From positions 13,950,001 through 14,014,000 of the forward strand of contig NW_027266308.1 in NCBI RefSeq assembly GCF_022045235.1: a DNA stretch of 64,000 nucleotides, given 5' to 3'. Below, one piece after another: positions 1 to 13,100 of this stretch; the first letter of the stretch is position 1, and the number at the start of each line of letters is the position of its first letter. The notes under the pieces were generated by a model, which saw only the letters and a program-made list of their open reading frames with translations, did not search any database and had not been told where the DNA came from. This DNA is from Haliotis cracherodii. Lineage: Eukaryota. A program made the translations under genes and the position numbers.

Positions 1-47
1 AACCAAATGAAGACTTTACTTTGAAAGCTTTTCGCTTAACTCCAGAC

Positions 48-2023
48 ATGAAAGTAACACTGGTTCTCGTCATTGTCAGCACTATTATTGGTGAGTTGAA
101 GATACTTAGGGCTTTTTATTAGTTAAGTTAGTGTCTACGTTAGCCGATGAGATTTGTTCTGTTCATGTTATTTTTATAATGATAATAGTTCATATTATTC
201 ATAGATAATATTATTAATTTGCATTGCGCCTTTTTCCATGCTGGATATCAATGCGTTTTATTTCAGCTCCCTGGGCAATATATAACCTGATCTGCCTATG
301 AGGCACTAGAAGACTAATTGTCACATAACCACCTCACCGAAAGGGGAACCCAATCTGAGTGAACAGAGGCATGTTTCGAACAAAGGCACTAGCCTTTGGA
401 AAACACCACATGTACTACTTGGGCTACAGTGTTGGGCAGGTCCAAGAAACTCTTAGGAAACAAAGCTGCCAAACACGCTCAGCCATCCAATTGCTTTCTT
501 CCACAAACTGTGCTTAAAGCCTTGACCTGTGACCTCCAAACAGGATCACGTGCCCCAACTTCTAATGAGATATTGTTTCTTTCGTTCAGCTGTGATCGAC
601 AGCGAGCCTTGCAGGGATGACAACGACTGTATCCACACGGTATGTGATAGTACCGGAAGGCTTGCCTGCTCTCATGACATATGTACCTGTCTGGTTGCAG
701 CCAATAGCTGCATCACAGGTAAGTCAGTTTACAAAATAGTGACCATAATAACTGCAGGCAACATATTTCATATGTGAAGGTTTTATTTAGGCATCTGGAA
801 AGGTTCTCCTACAAGAAAAGGTGGTGACTATAAGTCAATAAACAAATTGGGTTTCACGCCGCTGATATAATATTTCAGACAAATGTAGAAGGAACGACAA
901 ATATGATACAGAACTAAGATGATTACCATTTTGTTGAAACCATTGGCAATACAAAAAACACAATCATGGCGAATCTGTGATTCAAACCCACTACTAACGT
1001 AGCGTCAGCAAAACCCTTGCACAAAACTGCAAATAAGACATGCCCTTTAAATACAAGCCTGCATCAAATGAATGATGGAATCTAGTTCAAACCTCTGACA
1101 AATGTTTTTGTCCTGTGTTGTTAAGAAGGAGGTTTATATTTCAGAAACTTGCAGAGACCGCCCTGACTGCGACACCTGCATCTGTAGAGACACCCATGAA
1201 GAACACCACTGCTTCGACGGCCGCTGCCTATGTGGACGTATGGCACCTGTCGGCCCTGGTGGACCTGGCGGACCTGGCGTGTAAGTAACCATAATTACCG
1301 CCGGAGGTTGTCAGGCATAGTTTTGGTTGCTACACTTGAATCAGTTTGACGTTTCATTGGCTTTTTAATTACTGTCGAAAGAAAGTTGATGAATTTGTTT
1401 GCTTTTTCTGATTGTTTGGTTTTATGTCAGGGGCAAATGTCTAAATTTAGCCTGAATGTGATTTGGGACGTCAACGCTTTGATAGTGTTGGTTCAGAATG
1501 TTGGTGAAACACAATATTAGGAATATGATTTTAGTCGTGCATTTGTTGGTAAAACATACACAGTCGTCTTTGTATGGCATGGATATTTGTCTCATCTCAT
1601 TGCAGTGGTAATACTTAAATCATTCGACATATAGTAACACTATATCAGTCCTGTTTGTTTGTTTGTTTGTTTGTTGTTTAACGCCGCACTCAGCAATAGT
1701 CCAGCTATACGACGGCGGTTTATAGCAGTCCTATGCTATGTGTTTGGATATATGGTAAATAAGGTAAATGTAAAACGTCGACGTTTAGCAATCAGTATCG
1801 ATCATCTACCTAAACAGATTTCATTGGGCGTAAAAGGCAAAATTGCAGTGAAAATTATATGAATGGATCACTGAAAATTAATGATGACCCCAGGGGTTCG
1901 TTCCGCAAAACGATTGCCATCCACATCCATATTATAGTTCTTACTCCAATTCAATTTCTTACGAAATATTCAATTTTGAAAATGCCACTTTTCATCTACC
2001 TTTTTAATTTCAGAGGTAAATAA
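48..2023 (+). CDS. Secreted 14-Cys peptide, cvSI-2/I84 protease-inhibitor-like, type A tandem copy 1 (4 exons, 105 aa)
   Basis: Exons 48-90, 590-718, 1145-1280, 2014-2023 with GT-AG introns (phases 1,1,2). Spliced product MKVTLVLVIVSTIIAVIDSEPCRDDNDCIHTVCDSTGRLACSHDICTCLVAANSCITETCRDRPDCDTCICRDTHEEHHCFDGRCLCGRMAPVGPGGPGGPGVGK*. Hydrophobic signal peptide; AATAAA at 2092-2097; same architecture in the divergent paralog at 52452. Family name is by motif recognition, not a search. Confidence 0.88.
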
Positions 2024-2419
2024 ATCCTGAAAGGAGGAAAACCCATGGAAATTATTCCTACCTTGTTGGATACATACATGTACACATGTGAAATAAACCT
2101 ACTACTACCATTTACTGGTTTGTTTTGATGCTGAATATGTTTACTCTTATTGAATTGATGCGTTACCTGCTTATACCTATGGAGAACATCCTGTGGTTAT
2201 TCCGTGTTTCTAACCTATCCTCGTCAGATCAAGATACAATGTTCGGATCTGGATTGGCTAGATTTACGTGATGTCGATTTTCATACAGTCGCGACTCTCA
2301 AAGGGACGACATGTATTGGGTGGACAGGCCCGGTGGCTTAGTTGATTGATCAACCGATGATCTGTCTGCTTCATACTCGACACATGCCCAAATGGTGTAA
2401 GTAAACCTTCGATTGGTAG

Positions 2420-2669
2420 GTTGGTTTGTTGTTTAACGCCGCACTCAGCATTATATCAGGTGTATGACGGCGGTCTGTAAATAATCGAGTCTGGACCAGA
2501 CAATCCAGTGATTAACATCATAAGCATCGATCCACGCATTTGGGATCGATGACCTGCATCAAGTCAGCAAGCCTGACCACCCGATCCCGTTAGTCGCCTT
2601 TTACGACAAGCATAGTCACCTTTTTACGGCAAGCATGGTTTGCTGAAGACCCCGGAATCTTCGCGGGAC
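2420..2669 (-). mobile_element. Abundant ~250-bp SINE-like repeat with non-tRNA structured head (also ~5964-6213, 16450-16704, 17422-17695 opposite strand, 25225-25477, 31021-31220, 51420-51662)
   Basis: Multiple dispersed, diverged copies in both orientations with a (CAAA/CAAC)n tail and the 3' motif tggaatattgctgagtgcggcgttaaac. Confidence 0.8.
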
Positions 2670-2966
2670 TGAAAACCTTAGTGACAACATTGCTGGGATA
2701 CAAAAGATCGATTTCATGAACCTTGGCGTTTCGAAAATATTGTAAATAAAAGCGACAGAGGACAATTCCTTAATCAATGGAAATCTCTATTTAAAGTTTC
2801 CAACTAAATCATAAGGTTGTGTTTACGAGTGATGAAAGTGCAGCCGTTTCGTGAAAAATTATGTACTTTGTGGTGAAAACATGAAACTTAGTACAGTCGT
2901 AGGTGATGACATTCGAAATAGTTAAAGATATGGGGCCACCCAAAAAATCCAACATGGCCTCCTTAG

Positions 2967-3221
2967 AGTGAGTGAGTGAGTGAGTGAGTGAGTGAGTGAG
3001 TGAGTTGGGTTTAACGCCGCTTTTAACATTATTCCAGTTATATCACGGCGTGTCAGCTTAATGTGGGAGGAAAGCCCGAAGTGATGCAGGTCTCAGACGT
3101 TTACCACTTCTGTGAAACCCACGAGCACGGGTATGGTGCTGACAATAGACGCGGCCGGGGATCGAACCCCGGACCTTCCGCTCTCCGGGCCGACGCTCTA
3201 CGAATAGACCACGGAGGCGGT
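2967..3221 (-). mobile_element. Chimeric SINE: body/tail of tRNA-Leu-like SINE joined to the head of a different tRNA-derived SINE (also 6511-6765)
   Basis: 2967-3146 matches the SINE body at 25775-25916 and 35880-36040; 3147-3221 has a B-box GGTTCGATCCCC head resembling the SINE at 53610. Confidence 0.75.
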
Positions 3222-3527
3222 CAGATACAATTGAAACATGTAGAAAAAATCGTGTAATTATTGCGTGACTTTCTTTTTATATATATACACGATTGCCATC
3301 CTTGCCATTTCTTATATATAAAATCGTGTTGTCTATATATTTGTAGGACCATGAACATGACTAGATAGCTATCGTGGGTCATCAGATCCCCACAAATGAA
3401 CCTGTTATCTACATTTCATGACATAACCGCGCACGGGAACATTAGTCCTGCGTGCACCTGCTGTGCGCAGAATCACAACATCGTGACTGGCTGACAGGGT
3501 TGGTGTTGGTATCATTTGAAACAGAAA

Positions 3528-3537
3528 GTATATAAGA
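3528..3537 (+). promoter_or_regulatory. TATA box of type A gene (equivalents near 7072, 52387, 63305)
   Basis: GTATATAAG about 60 bp upstream of the ATG; same position in the divergent paralog (GTATATAAGA at 52387) and GTATAAAAG at 63305. Confidence 0.65.
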
Positions 3538-3589
3538 GGATCAACCAAATGAAGACTTTACTTTGAAAGCTTTTCGCTTAACTCCAGAC

Positions 3590-5567
3590 ATGAAAGTAAC
3601 ACTGGTTCTCGTCATTGTCAGCACTATTATTGGTGAGTTGAAGATACTTATGGCTTTAATAGTTAAGTTAGTGTCTACGTTAGCCGATGAGATTTGTTCT
3701 GTTCATGTTATTTTTATAATGATAATAGTTCATATTATTCATAGATAATATTATTAATTTGCATTGCGCCTTTTTCCATGCTGGATATCAATGCGTTTTA
3801 TTTCAGCTCCCTGGGCAATATATAACCTGATCTGCCTATGAGGCACTAGAAGACTAATTGTCACATAACCACCTCACCGAAAGGGGAACCCAATCTGAGT
3901 GAACAGAGGCATGTTTCGAACAAAGGCACTAGCCTTTGGAAAACACCACATGTACTACTTGGGCTACAGTGTTGGGCAGGTCCAAGAAACTCTTAGGAAA
4001 CAAAGCTGCCAAACACGCTCAGCCATCCAATTGCTTTCTTCCACAAACTGTGCTTAAAGCCTTGACCTGTGACCTCCAAACAGGATCACGTGCCCCAACT
4101 TCTAATGAGATATTGTTTCTTTCGTTCAGCTGTGATCGACAGCGAGCCTTGCAGGGATGACAACGACTGTATCCACACGGTATGTGATAGTACCGGAAGG
4201 CTTGCCTGCTCTCATGACATATGTACCTGTCTGGTTGCAGCCAATAGCTGCATCACAGGTAAGTCAGTTTACAAAATAGTGACCATAATAACTGCAGGCA
4301 ACATATTTCATATGTGAAGGTTTTATTTAGGCATCTGGAAAGGTTCTCCTACAAGAAAAGGTGGTGACTATAAGTCAATAAACAAATTGGGTTTCACGCC
4401 GCTGATATAATATTTCAGACAAATGTAGAAGGAACGACAAATATGATACAGAACTAAGATGATTACCATTTTGTTGAAACCATTGGCAATACAAAAAACA
4501 CAATCATGGCGAATCTGTGATTCAAACCCACTACTAACGTAGCGTCAGCAAAACCCTTGCACAAAACTGCAAATAAGACATGCCCTTTAAATACAAGCCT
4601 GCATCAAATGAATGATGGAATCTAGTTCAAACCTCTGACAAATGTTTTTGTCCTGTGTTGTTAAGAAGGAGGTTTATATTTCAGAAACTTGCAGAGACCG
4701 CCCTGACTGCGACACCTGCATCTGTAGAGACACCCATGAAGAACACCACTGCTTCGACGGCCGCTGCCTATGTGGACGTATGGCACCTGTCGGCCCTGGT
4801 GGACCTGGCGGACCTGGCGTGTAAGTAACCATAATTACCGCCGGAGGTTGTCAGGCATAGTTTTGGTTGCTACACTTGAATCAGTTTGACGTTTCATTGG
4901 CTTTTTAATTACTGTCGAAAGAAAGTTGATGAATTTGTTTGCTTTTTCTGATTGTTTGGTTTTATGTCAGGGGCAAATGTCTAAATTTAGCCTGAATGTG
5001 ATTTGGGACGTCAACGCTTTGATAGTGTTGGTTCAGAATGTTGGTGAAACACAATATTAGGAATATGATTTTAGTCGTGCATTTGTTGGTAAAACATACA
5101 CAGTCGTCTTTGTATGGCATGGATATTTGTCTCATCTCATTGCAGTGGTAATACTTAAATCATTCGACATATAGTAACACTATATCAGTCCTGTTTGTTT
5201 GTTTGTTTGTTTGTTTGTTGTTTAACGCCGCACTCAGCAATAGTCCAGCTATACGACGGCGGTTTATAGCAGTCCTATGCTATGTGTTTGGATATATGGT
5301 AAATAAGGTAAATGTAAAACGTCGACGTTTAGCAATCAGTATCGATCATCTACCTAAACAGATTTCATTGGGCGTAAAAGGCAAAATTGCAGTGAAAATT
5401 ATATGAATGGATCACTGAAAATTAATGATGACCCCAGGGGTTCGTTCCGCAAAACGATTGCCATCCACATCCATATTATAGTTCTTACTCCAATTCAATT
5501 TCTTACGAAATATTCAATTTTGAAAATGCCACTTTTCATCTACCTTTTTAATTTCAGAGGTAAATAA
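3590..5567 (+). CDS. Secreted 14-Cys peptide, type A tandem copy 2
   Basis: Exons 3590-3632, 4130-4258, 4685-4820, 5558-5567; coding sequence reads identical to copy 1. Confidence 0.88.
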
Positions 5568-7133
5568 ATCCTGAAAGGAGGAAAACCCATGGAAATTATT
5601 CCTACCTTGTTGGATACATACATGTACACATGTGAAATAAACCTACTACTACCATTTACTGGTTTGTTTTGATGCTGAATATGTTTACTCTTATTGAATT
5701 GATGCGTTACCTGCTTATACCTATGGAGAACATCCTGTGGTTATTCCGTGTTTCTAACCTATCCTCGTCAGATCAAGATACAATGTTCGGATCTGGATTG
5801 GCTAGATTTACGTGATGTCGATTTTCATACAGTCGCGACTCTCAAAGGGACGACATGTATTGGGTGGACAGGCCCGGTGGCTTAGTTGATTGATCAACCG
5901 ATGATCTGTCTGCTTCATACTCGACACATGCCCAAATGGTGTAAGTAAACCTTCGATTGGTAGGTTGGTTTGTTGTTTAACGCCGCACTCAGCATTATAT
6001 CAGGTGTATGACGGCGGTCTGTAAATAATCGAGTCTGGACCAGACAATCCAGTGATTAACATCATAAGCATCGATCCACGCATTTGGGATCGATGACCTG
6101 CATCAAGTCAGCAAGCCTGACCACCCGATCCCGTTAGTCGCCTTTTACGACAAGCATAGTCACCTTTTTACGGCAAGCATGGTTTGCTGAAGACCCCGGA
6201 ATCTTCGCGGGACTGAAAACCTTAGTGACAACATTGCTGGGATACAAAAGATCGATTTCATGAACCTTGGCGTTTCGAAAATATTGTAAATAAAAGCGAC
6301 AGAGGACAATTCCTTAATCAATGGAAATCTCTATTTAAAGTTTCCAACTAAATCATAAGGTTGTGTTTACGAGTGATGAAAGTGCAGCCGTTTCGTGAAA
6401 AATTATGTACTTTGTGGTGAAAACATGAAACTTAGTACAGTCGTAGGTGATGACATTCGAAATAGTTAAAGATATGGGGCCACCCAAAAAATCCAACATG
6501 GCCTCCTTAGAGTGAGTGAGTGAGTGAGTGAGTGAGTGAGTGAGTGAGTTGGGTTTAACGCCGCTTTTAACATTATTCCAGTTATATCACGGCGTGTCAG
6601 CTTAATGTGGGAGGAAAGCCCGAAGTGATGCAGGTCTCAGACGTTTACCACTTCTGTGAAACCCACGAGCACGGGTATGGTGCTGACAATAGACGCGGCC
6701 GGGGATCGAACCCCGGACCTTCCGCTCTCCGGGCCGACGCTCTACGAATAGACCACGGAGGCGGTCAGATACAATTGAAACATGTAGAAAAAATCGTGTA
6801 ATTATTGCGTGACTTTCTTTTTATATATATACACGATTGCCATCCTTGCCATTTCTTATATATAAAATCGTGTTGTCTATATATTTGTAGGACCATGAAC
6901 ATGACTAGATAGCTATCGTGGGTCATCAGATCCCCACAAATGAACCTGTTATCTACATTTCATGACATAACCGCGCACGGGAACATTAGTCCTGCGTGCA
7001 CCTGCTGTGCGCAGAATCACAACATCGTGACTGGCTGACAGGGTTGGTGTTGGTATCATTTGAAACAGAAAGTATATAAGAGGATCAACCAAATGAAGAC
7101 TTTACTTTGAAAGCTTTTCGCTTAACTCCAGAC

Positions 7134-10100
7134 ATGAAAGTAACACTGGTTCTCGTCATTGTCAGCACTATTATTGGTGAGTTGAAGATACTTATGGCTT
7201 TAATAGTTAAGTTAGTGTCTACGTTAGCCGATGAGATTTGTTCTGTTCATGTTATTTTTATAATGATAATAGTTCATATTATTCATAGATAATATTATTA
7301 ATTTGCATTGCGCCTTTTTCCATGCTGGATATCAATGCGTTTTATTTCAGCTCCCTGGGCAATATATAACCTGATCTGCCTATGAGGCACTAGAAGACTA
7401 ATTGTCACATAACCACCTCACCGAAAGGGGAACCCAATCTGAGTGAACAGAGGCATGTTTCGAACAAAGGCACTAGCCTTTGGAAAACACCACATGTACT
7501 ACTTGGGCTACAGTGTTGGGCAGGTCCAAGAAACTCTTAGGAAACAAAGCTGCCAAACACGCTCAGCCATCCAATTGCTTTCTTCCACAAACTGTGCTTA
7601 AAGCCTTGCCCTGTGACCTCCAAACAGGATCACGTGCCCCAACTTCTAATGAGATATTGTTTCTTTCGTTCAGCTGTGATCGACAGCGAGCCTTGCAGGG
7701 ATGACAACGACTGTATCCACACGGTATGTGATAGTACCGGAAGGCTTGCCTGCTCTCATGACATATGTACCTGTCTGGTTGCAGCCAATAGCTGCATCAC
7801 AGGTAAGTCAGTTTACAAATTAGTGACCATAATAACTGCAGGCAACATATTTCATATGTGAAGGTTTTATTTAGGCATCTGGAAAGGTTCTCCTACAAGA
7901 AAAGGTGGTGACTATAAGTCAATAAACAAATTGGGTTTCACGCCGCTGATATAATATTTCAGACAAATGTAGAAGGAACGACAAATATGATACAGAACTA
8001 AGATGATTACCATTTTGTTGAAACCATTGGCAATACAAAAAACACAATCATGGCGAATCTGTGATTCAAACCCACTACTAACGTAGCGTCAGCAAAACCC
8101 TTGCACAAAACTGCAAATAAGACATGCCCTTTAAATACAAGCCTGCATCAAATGAATGATGGAATCTAGTTCAAACCTCTGACAAATTTTTGTCCTGTGT
8201 TGTTAAGAAGGAGGTTTATATTTCAGAAACTTGCAGAGACCGCCCTGACTGCGACACCTGCATCTGTAGAGACACCCATGAAGAACACCACTGCTTCGAC
8301 GGCCGCTGCCTATGTGGACGTATGGCACCTGTCGGCCCTGGCGGACCTGGCGTGTAAGTAACCATAATTACCGCCGGAGGTTGTCAGGCATAGTTTTGGT
8401 TGCTACACTTGAATCAGTTTGACGTTTCATTGGCTTTTTAATTACTGTCGAAAGAAAGTTGATGAATTTGTTTGCTTTTTATGATTGTTTGGTTTTATGT
8501 CAGGGGCAAATGTCTAAATTTAGCCTGAATGTGATTTGGGACGTCAACGCTTTGATAGTGTTGGTTCAGAATGTTGGTGAAACACAATATTAGGAATATG
8601 ATTTTAGTCGTGCATTTGTTGGTAAAACATACACAGTCGTCTTTGTATGGCATGGATATTTGTCTCATCTCATTGCAGTGGTAATACTTAAATCATTCGA
8701 CATATAGTAACACTATATCAGTCCTGTTTGTTTGTTTGTTTGTTTGTTGTTTAACGCCGCACTCAGCAATAGTCTAGCTATACGACGGCGGTTTATAGCA
8801 GTCCTATGCTATGTGTTTGGATATATGGTAAATAATGTAAATGTAAAACGTCGACGTTTAGCAAGCAGTATCGATCATCTACCTAAACAGATTTCATTGG
8901 GCGTAAAAGGCAAAATTGCAGTGAAAATTATATGAATGGATCACTGAATTTTTTTTTAATATTTTTTAATTTTTTTTTATTGTTCCTGGTAAGAGTACAT
9001 CATATTTAGATAAGAGTCAAAATACATGACCAGGGTTTTTTGAGAAAGTACATATCATTCACACACATCCATACACACATTCACACTCACTAGAAGCTTT
9101 AGTACTTATGAAGACAGAATGCAGGATATATATTTAGTAAAGTTTTGGAATGGCAAATGTTTATATTTTCAAAAGGTTTTCATAAGGAGCCCATTTCGTA
9201 TAGAATTCAGTCTGTTTGGCTTTATTAAAGTGTCTATATTTTTCTATTTGGTAATAATATTTAACCTCATTTTGGAAATGTGTAATGGTTGGTTGGTTAT
9301 TTTTCATTTTGCATCTATAAATGTGAAATTTGGCCAATAAGAGTATCAGATAAAAAATATCATCGGTGTGGAAATGTTTTGAAAAGCCAAAAAGAATTAG
9401 GTCTGAAGTAAGATTTATCTTGCCAGTATGTGAACACTTGGATTCAATCCATTGTGAAGATCTTTTCCAGAAATTTTTGCTTACCCTACAGTCCCCAAAA
9501 CAGATGTTGGATAGATTCTGGCTCGGCATTACAGAAAGTACATAGACAGTTATCAACAATATGCATCTTGAGTAGATAAGTATTAACAGGTAGAATTCTA
9601 TGGAGCAATCTAAGCTGAAACCATATAAGTTTAGGGTCTGGAGTAGTTTTGTGTGCTCTGATAAATAAGCTAGGCCAGTTCATATCCATTAAAAGTTCCT
9701 CTTCCCACTTGTCAATAACTTTTAAGCTTTCATCGGTTTGACTTATTATATAGTAATATTTCTTTGAGCCTTTTTTACATGAAAAAAGATTGGTAATAGA
9801 TATATTTGTATTGTTTGTTGTTTCCAGATGCAGGTCTTTATTAATGCCTAATTGTATCATGTATGTATTTACTGATCTTGTAATACCATAAAATTCAAGA
9901 AAATTTATATTGAAGTATTTATTACAGAATTGTTGCAATGTCATAAAATTTCCATCATTGTTTAGCAAGCAATGTATGCTGTGTATATTATTGAGATGAA
10001 AGGTTTTGTTATCTAATGATTTGCCATGTATAATAATATTTTTATTGTATAGCAGAGGTTCCCTTAGGAACTCTTCATAATTATTGGGTTTTATTTTATT

Positions 10101-13100
10101 GCTATATTTAGAAAAGGCAGTAAAACAATCTTTCCAGAATTGTTTTTTTTTTTTAGCAAGCTTGAGTGGAAAATCACTTCCCATAAATAGTAAATCAGGA
10201 AATTCAGGAGTAGTATTAGTCATTAAAATTTTCCATTTCTTTTCGAGATTAACATTTAGTAACTTTTTTATCCAGATTATTTTCAGAGCGTCAACATATG
10301 CAAAAATATCTATCATACCAAGTCCTCCAAGGGAAATAGGTTTACAAGCAACTGTTCTCTTTATTTTGTCTGGTTTATTATCCCATAAAAACTTGAAAAG
10401 AATAGTATTTATCTTTCTAAGGAATTCATCTGGGGGACTAGGAAGGGTAAGGAAAAGGAAATTAAGTTTTGAAATGAGCATTGATTTGATAATTGCAATT
10501 TTGCCTAATGGGGTTATAATTCTTTTCATCCATCTTTTGATGGTTTGTTCAATTTCAAAGATTTTGCTTTCAAAGTTAAGTTTAATCATTCTATCTCGAT
10601 TAGTAGAAAAAATTCTGCCTAGAATTCTAAAGGTTTCAGGGTTCCATTCAAGGTTTAAGTCTTGTCTAAATTTGATATTACTATTCTTCTTGGAGCCTAT
10701 CCAGATTATTTGAGTTTTATCAAAATTTATTCTTAATCCAGAGATATTTGCAAAGATATCAAGAGTGTCTATGGTAGCCTCGAAGGATCTTTTAGAACCG
10801 TCCAAAAGAAATTCTATATCATCTGCATATTGCGCAATTAAATAATCTTTACCGTTTATAGTTAAGCCCTGAATATCTTTATTTTTTTTAACAAGAATTG
10901 CGAGAATTTCTGCACAAAGCAGAAAAATATAAGGAGATAATGGATCCCCCTGCCTACAGCCACGGCCGACTGGTATCCAAGGTGACATATTTCAATTTAT
11001 AATTAGGCTAGACCTGATATCTTTATAGAGTATAGATATCCATTTAGAAATACTTTCGCCAAATCCAAAATATTTCAGGGTTTTAAAGATGAAAGACCAG
11101 GAGACAGAGTCAAATGCTTTCTCAAAATCAACTAGAAGTAGCATACCCGGCATTTGTTTAGATTCTGTGTATAAGAGTAGATCATATATCAGGTGGATGT
11201 TGTCTCCGATATATCTTCCAGACATGAAACCAGTTTGGTCTTCACTGATTATCTGAGGCAATACTTTTTTAAATCTATCTGCAATCACAGATGATAAAAG
11301 TTTATATATGGAGTTTAACAGGGTAATCGGGCGCCAATTTTTTATGAATTGTCTCGGTTTATCTTTTTTGGGGATACAGGTGATGATGCCTTGCTTCTGG
11401 GTGATTGACAAGTTTCCAGTTTCATAGCTATAATTAATTGTTCTAAGTATGAAGTCGCCCAGATCAAGCCAAAACATTTTGAAAAATTCATATGAAAAAC
11501 CATCTGACCCTGGACTTTTGTTATTCTTGGATCTTTTAAGAGCTGCTAGCAACTCATTCTTAGTAATACATCCTTCGATAAGATCAGATTCAGATGTTTT
11601 AAGTTTAGGAACATCATAATCTAGAAGTAAATCATCAAGATCTATATCATTAATCGTGTGATCTCTAGAAGTATACAGGTTTTGATAGAAATTGGATGCT
11701 TCATGTATAATATCCTTGGTGTCATTTAGTACAGTTCCATTTTTTGTTTCTATTTCTTTCATATTTTTGCTGATATAGTTTCTACTCTCCAGATAACAGA
11801 AATATTTACTTATAGTTTCACCTTCATCTATCCATCTTGCCTTTGATCTCACTAATATACCATCTAATCTTTTTTTTCGCAATTGATGCAATTCAATCTT
11901 TTTAATTTCTAGATCATTAGCAGTATTTTCATCATAATTGTTTCTGCTGTTAAGTCATTTTCTTTTTTGGTCATTTGTTTTTTTATAAATGAAGAATAGG
12001 CTATTGATTTGCCCCTAATTTTCATGAGGAGAGTTTCCATAAAAAGGTGATCATCTGGAATTGCAGGTTATCATTAGGGACTTGGTCAATGGCATCCTGA
12101 TTGTAGACTGGTATAGCATATTCTTTCTTTACATCAGATATTACCTGTTTTATTTGTTCAACATACTTGTGATCTTGTAGCAAGGAGTTGTTAAATTTCC
12201 AATAGGTTTTCCTTTTGGTGTTTCTTTCAATATTCATGGTAAAATTTATAAATGAATGGTCTGTTCTGTACCCTGGATTTATCTTGACATTGGTAACATT
12301 ACTGCACAGATTTTCAGAAATAAGGAAAAAATCTAACCTGGCCTGTTTTATAGGATTTGAACGTCTCCATGTATATTGCCTTGAGTCTTGGTTATTATCT
12401 CGCCAAATGTCAATTAGGTTAAGTTCTCCTATCGGTTCTAAAAGCTGTTCTCTGGCCTTAGGGTTGTTAATATTTTTGTAATTGTTTGTATCTTTATCAG
12501 GGTCAAGCACCAGATTAAAGTCTCCACCTAATATGTAACTGCAATTTCCATATTCCTTTAATTTTGTCAATATCATCTTATAGAAATCAGGTGTGTCGGT
12601 GTTTGGGCCATAAAGAGTTCCAACCGACATTCGATTACCATTCAAAGTTATGTCAATCAATAAAAAGTTGTCGGAGCCATCTTTAAATACATGGTGAATC
12701 TTATACTCTACATTACAGTCTAATAACAGAGCTACACCTCTCGCTTGGCTAAAATGACAGTTAAGAATCACATCATAGCCCCACATGGATCTTACATATT
12801 TTTCTTCCCCAAATGTGAAATGTGTATCTTGCAAAAAATATAACGTACATTTTTTGGAATGCAGAAAGTTGAATATGTCCCTTCTCTTATTTATATCCCC
12901 AAGCCCTCTACAGTTTAAAGATCCAAAACATAAATTATTAGCCATTTTCTAAAATCGAGTGAAAAAGATCTAAAGCTTCTAGGAGCATACATTAATACCT
13001 TTCGTACATCAAGCACACCTGGAAAATAAAATGAGACAAATTACACACAACAAGTAGGCGATGTTGTCCCTGCAAAACTGCCTTCGGTTTTTTTAAACAC

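Noticed and set aside
7-24. uORF MKTLL* before the A start codon
   Set aside because: In copy 2 its ATG is only ~12 nt after the TATA box, probably upstream of the transcription start.
396-777. ORF-track proteins 396-620, 529-777, 1102-1284, 1659-1862 and their repeats
   Set aside because: Intron read-through or off-frame translations; recurrence reflects the tandem duplication, not conservation.
10084-10713. Antisense ORFs within LINEs and transposases (also 12215, 40737, 42895)
   Set aside because: Shadow frames of TE coding sequence with no recognisable motifs.
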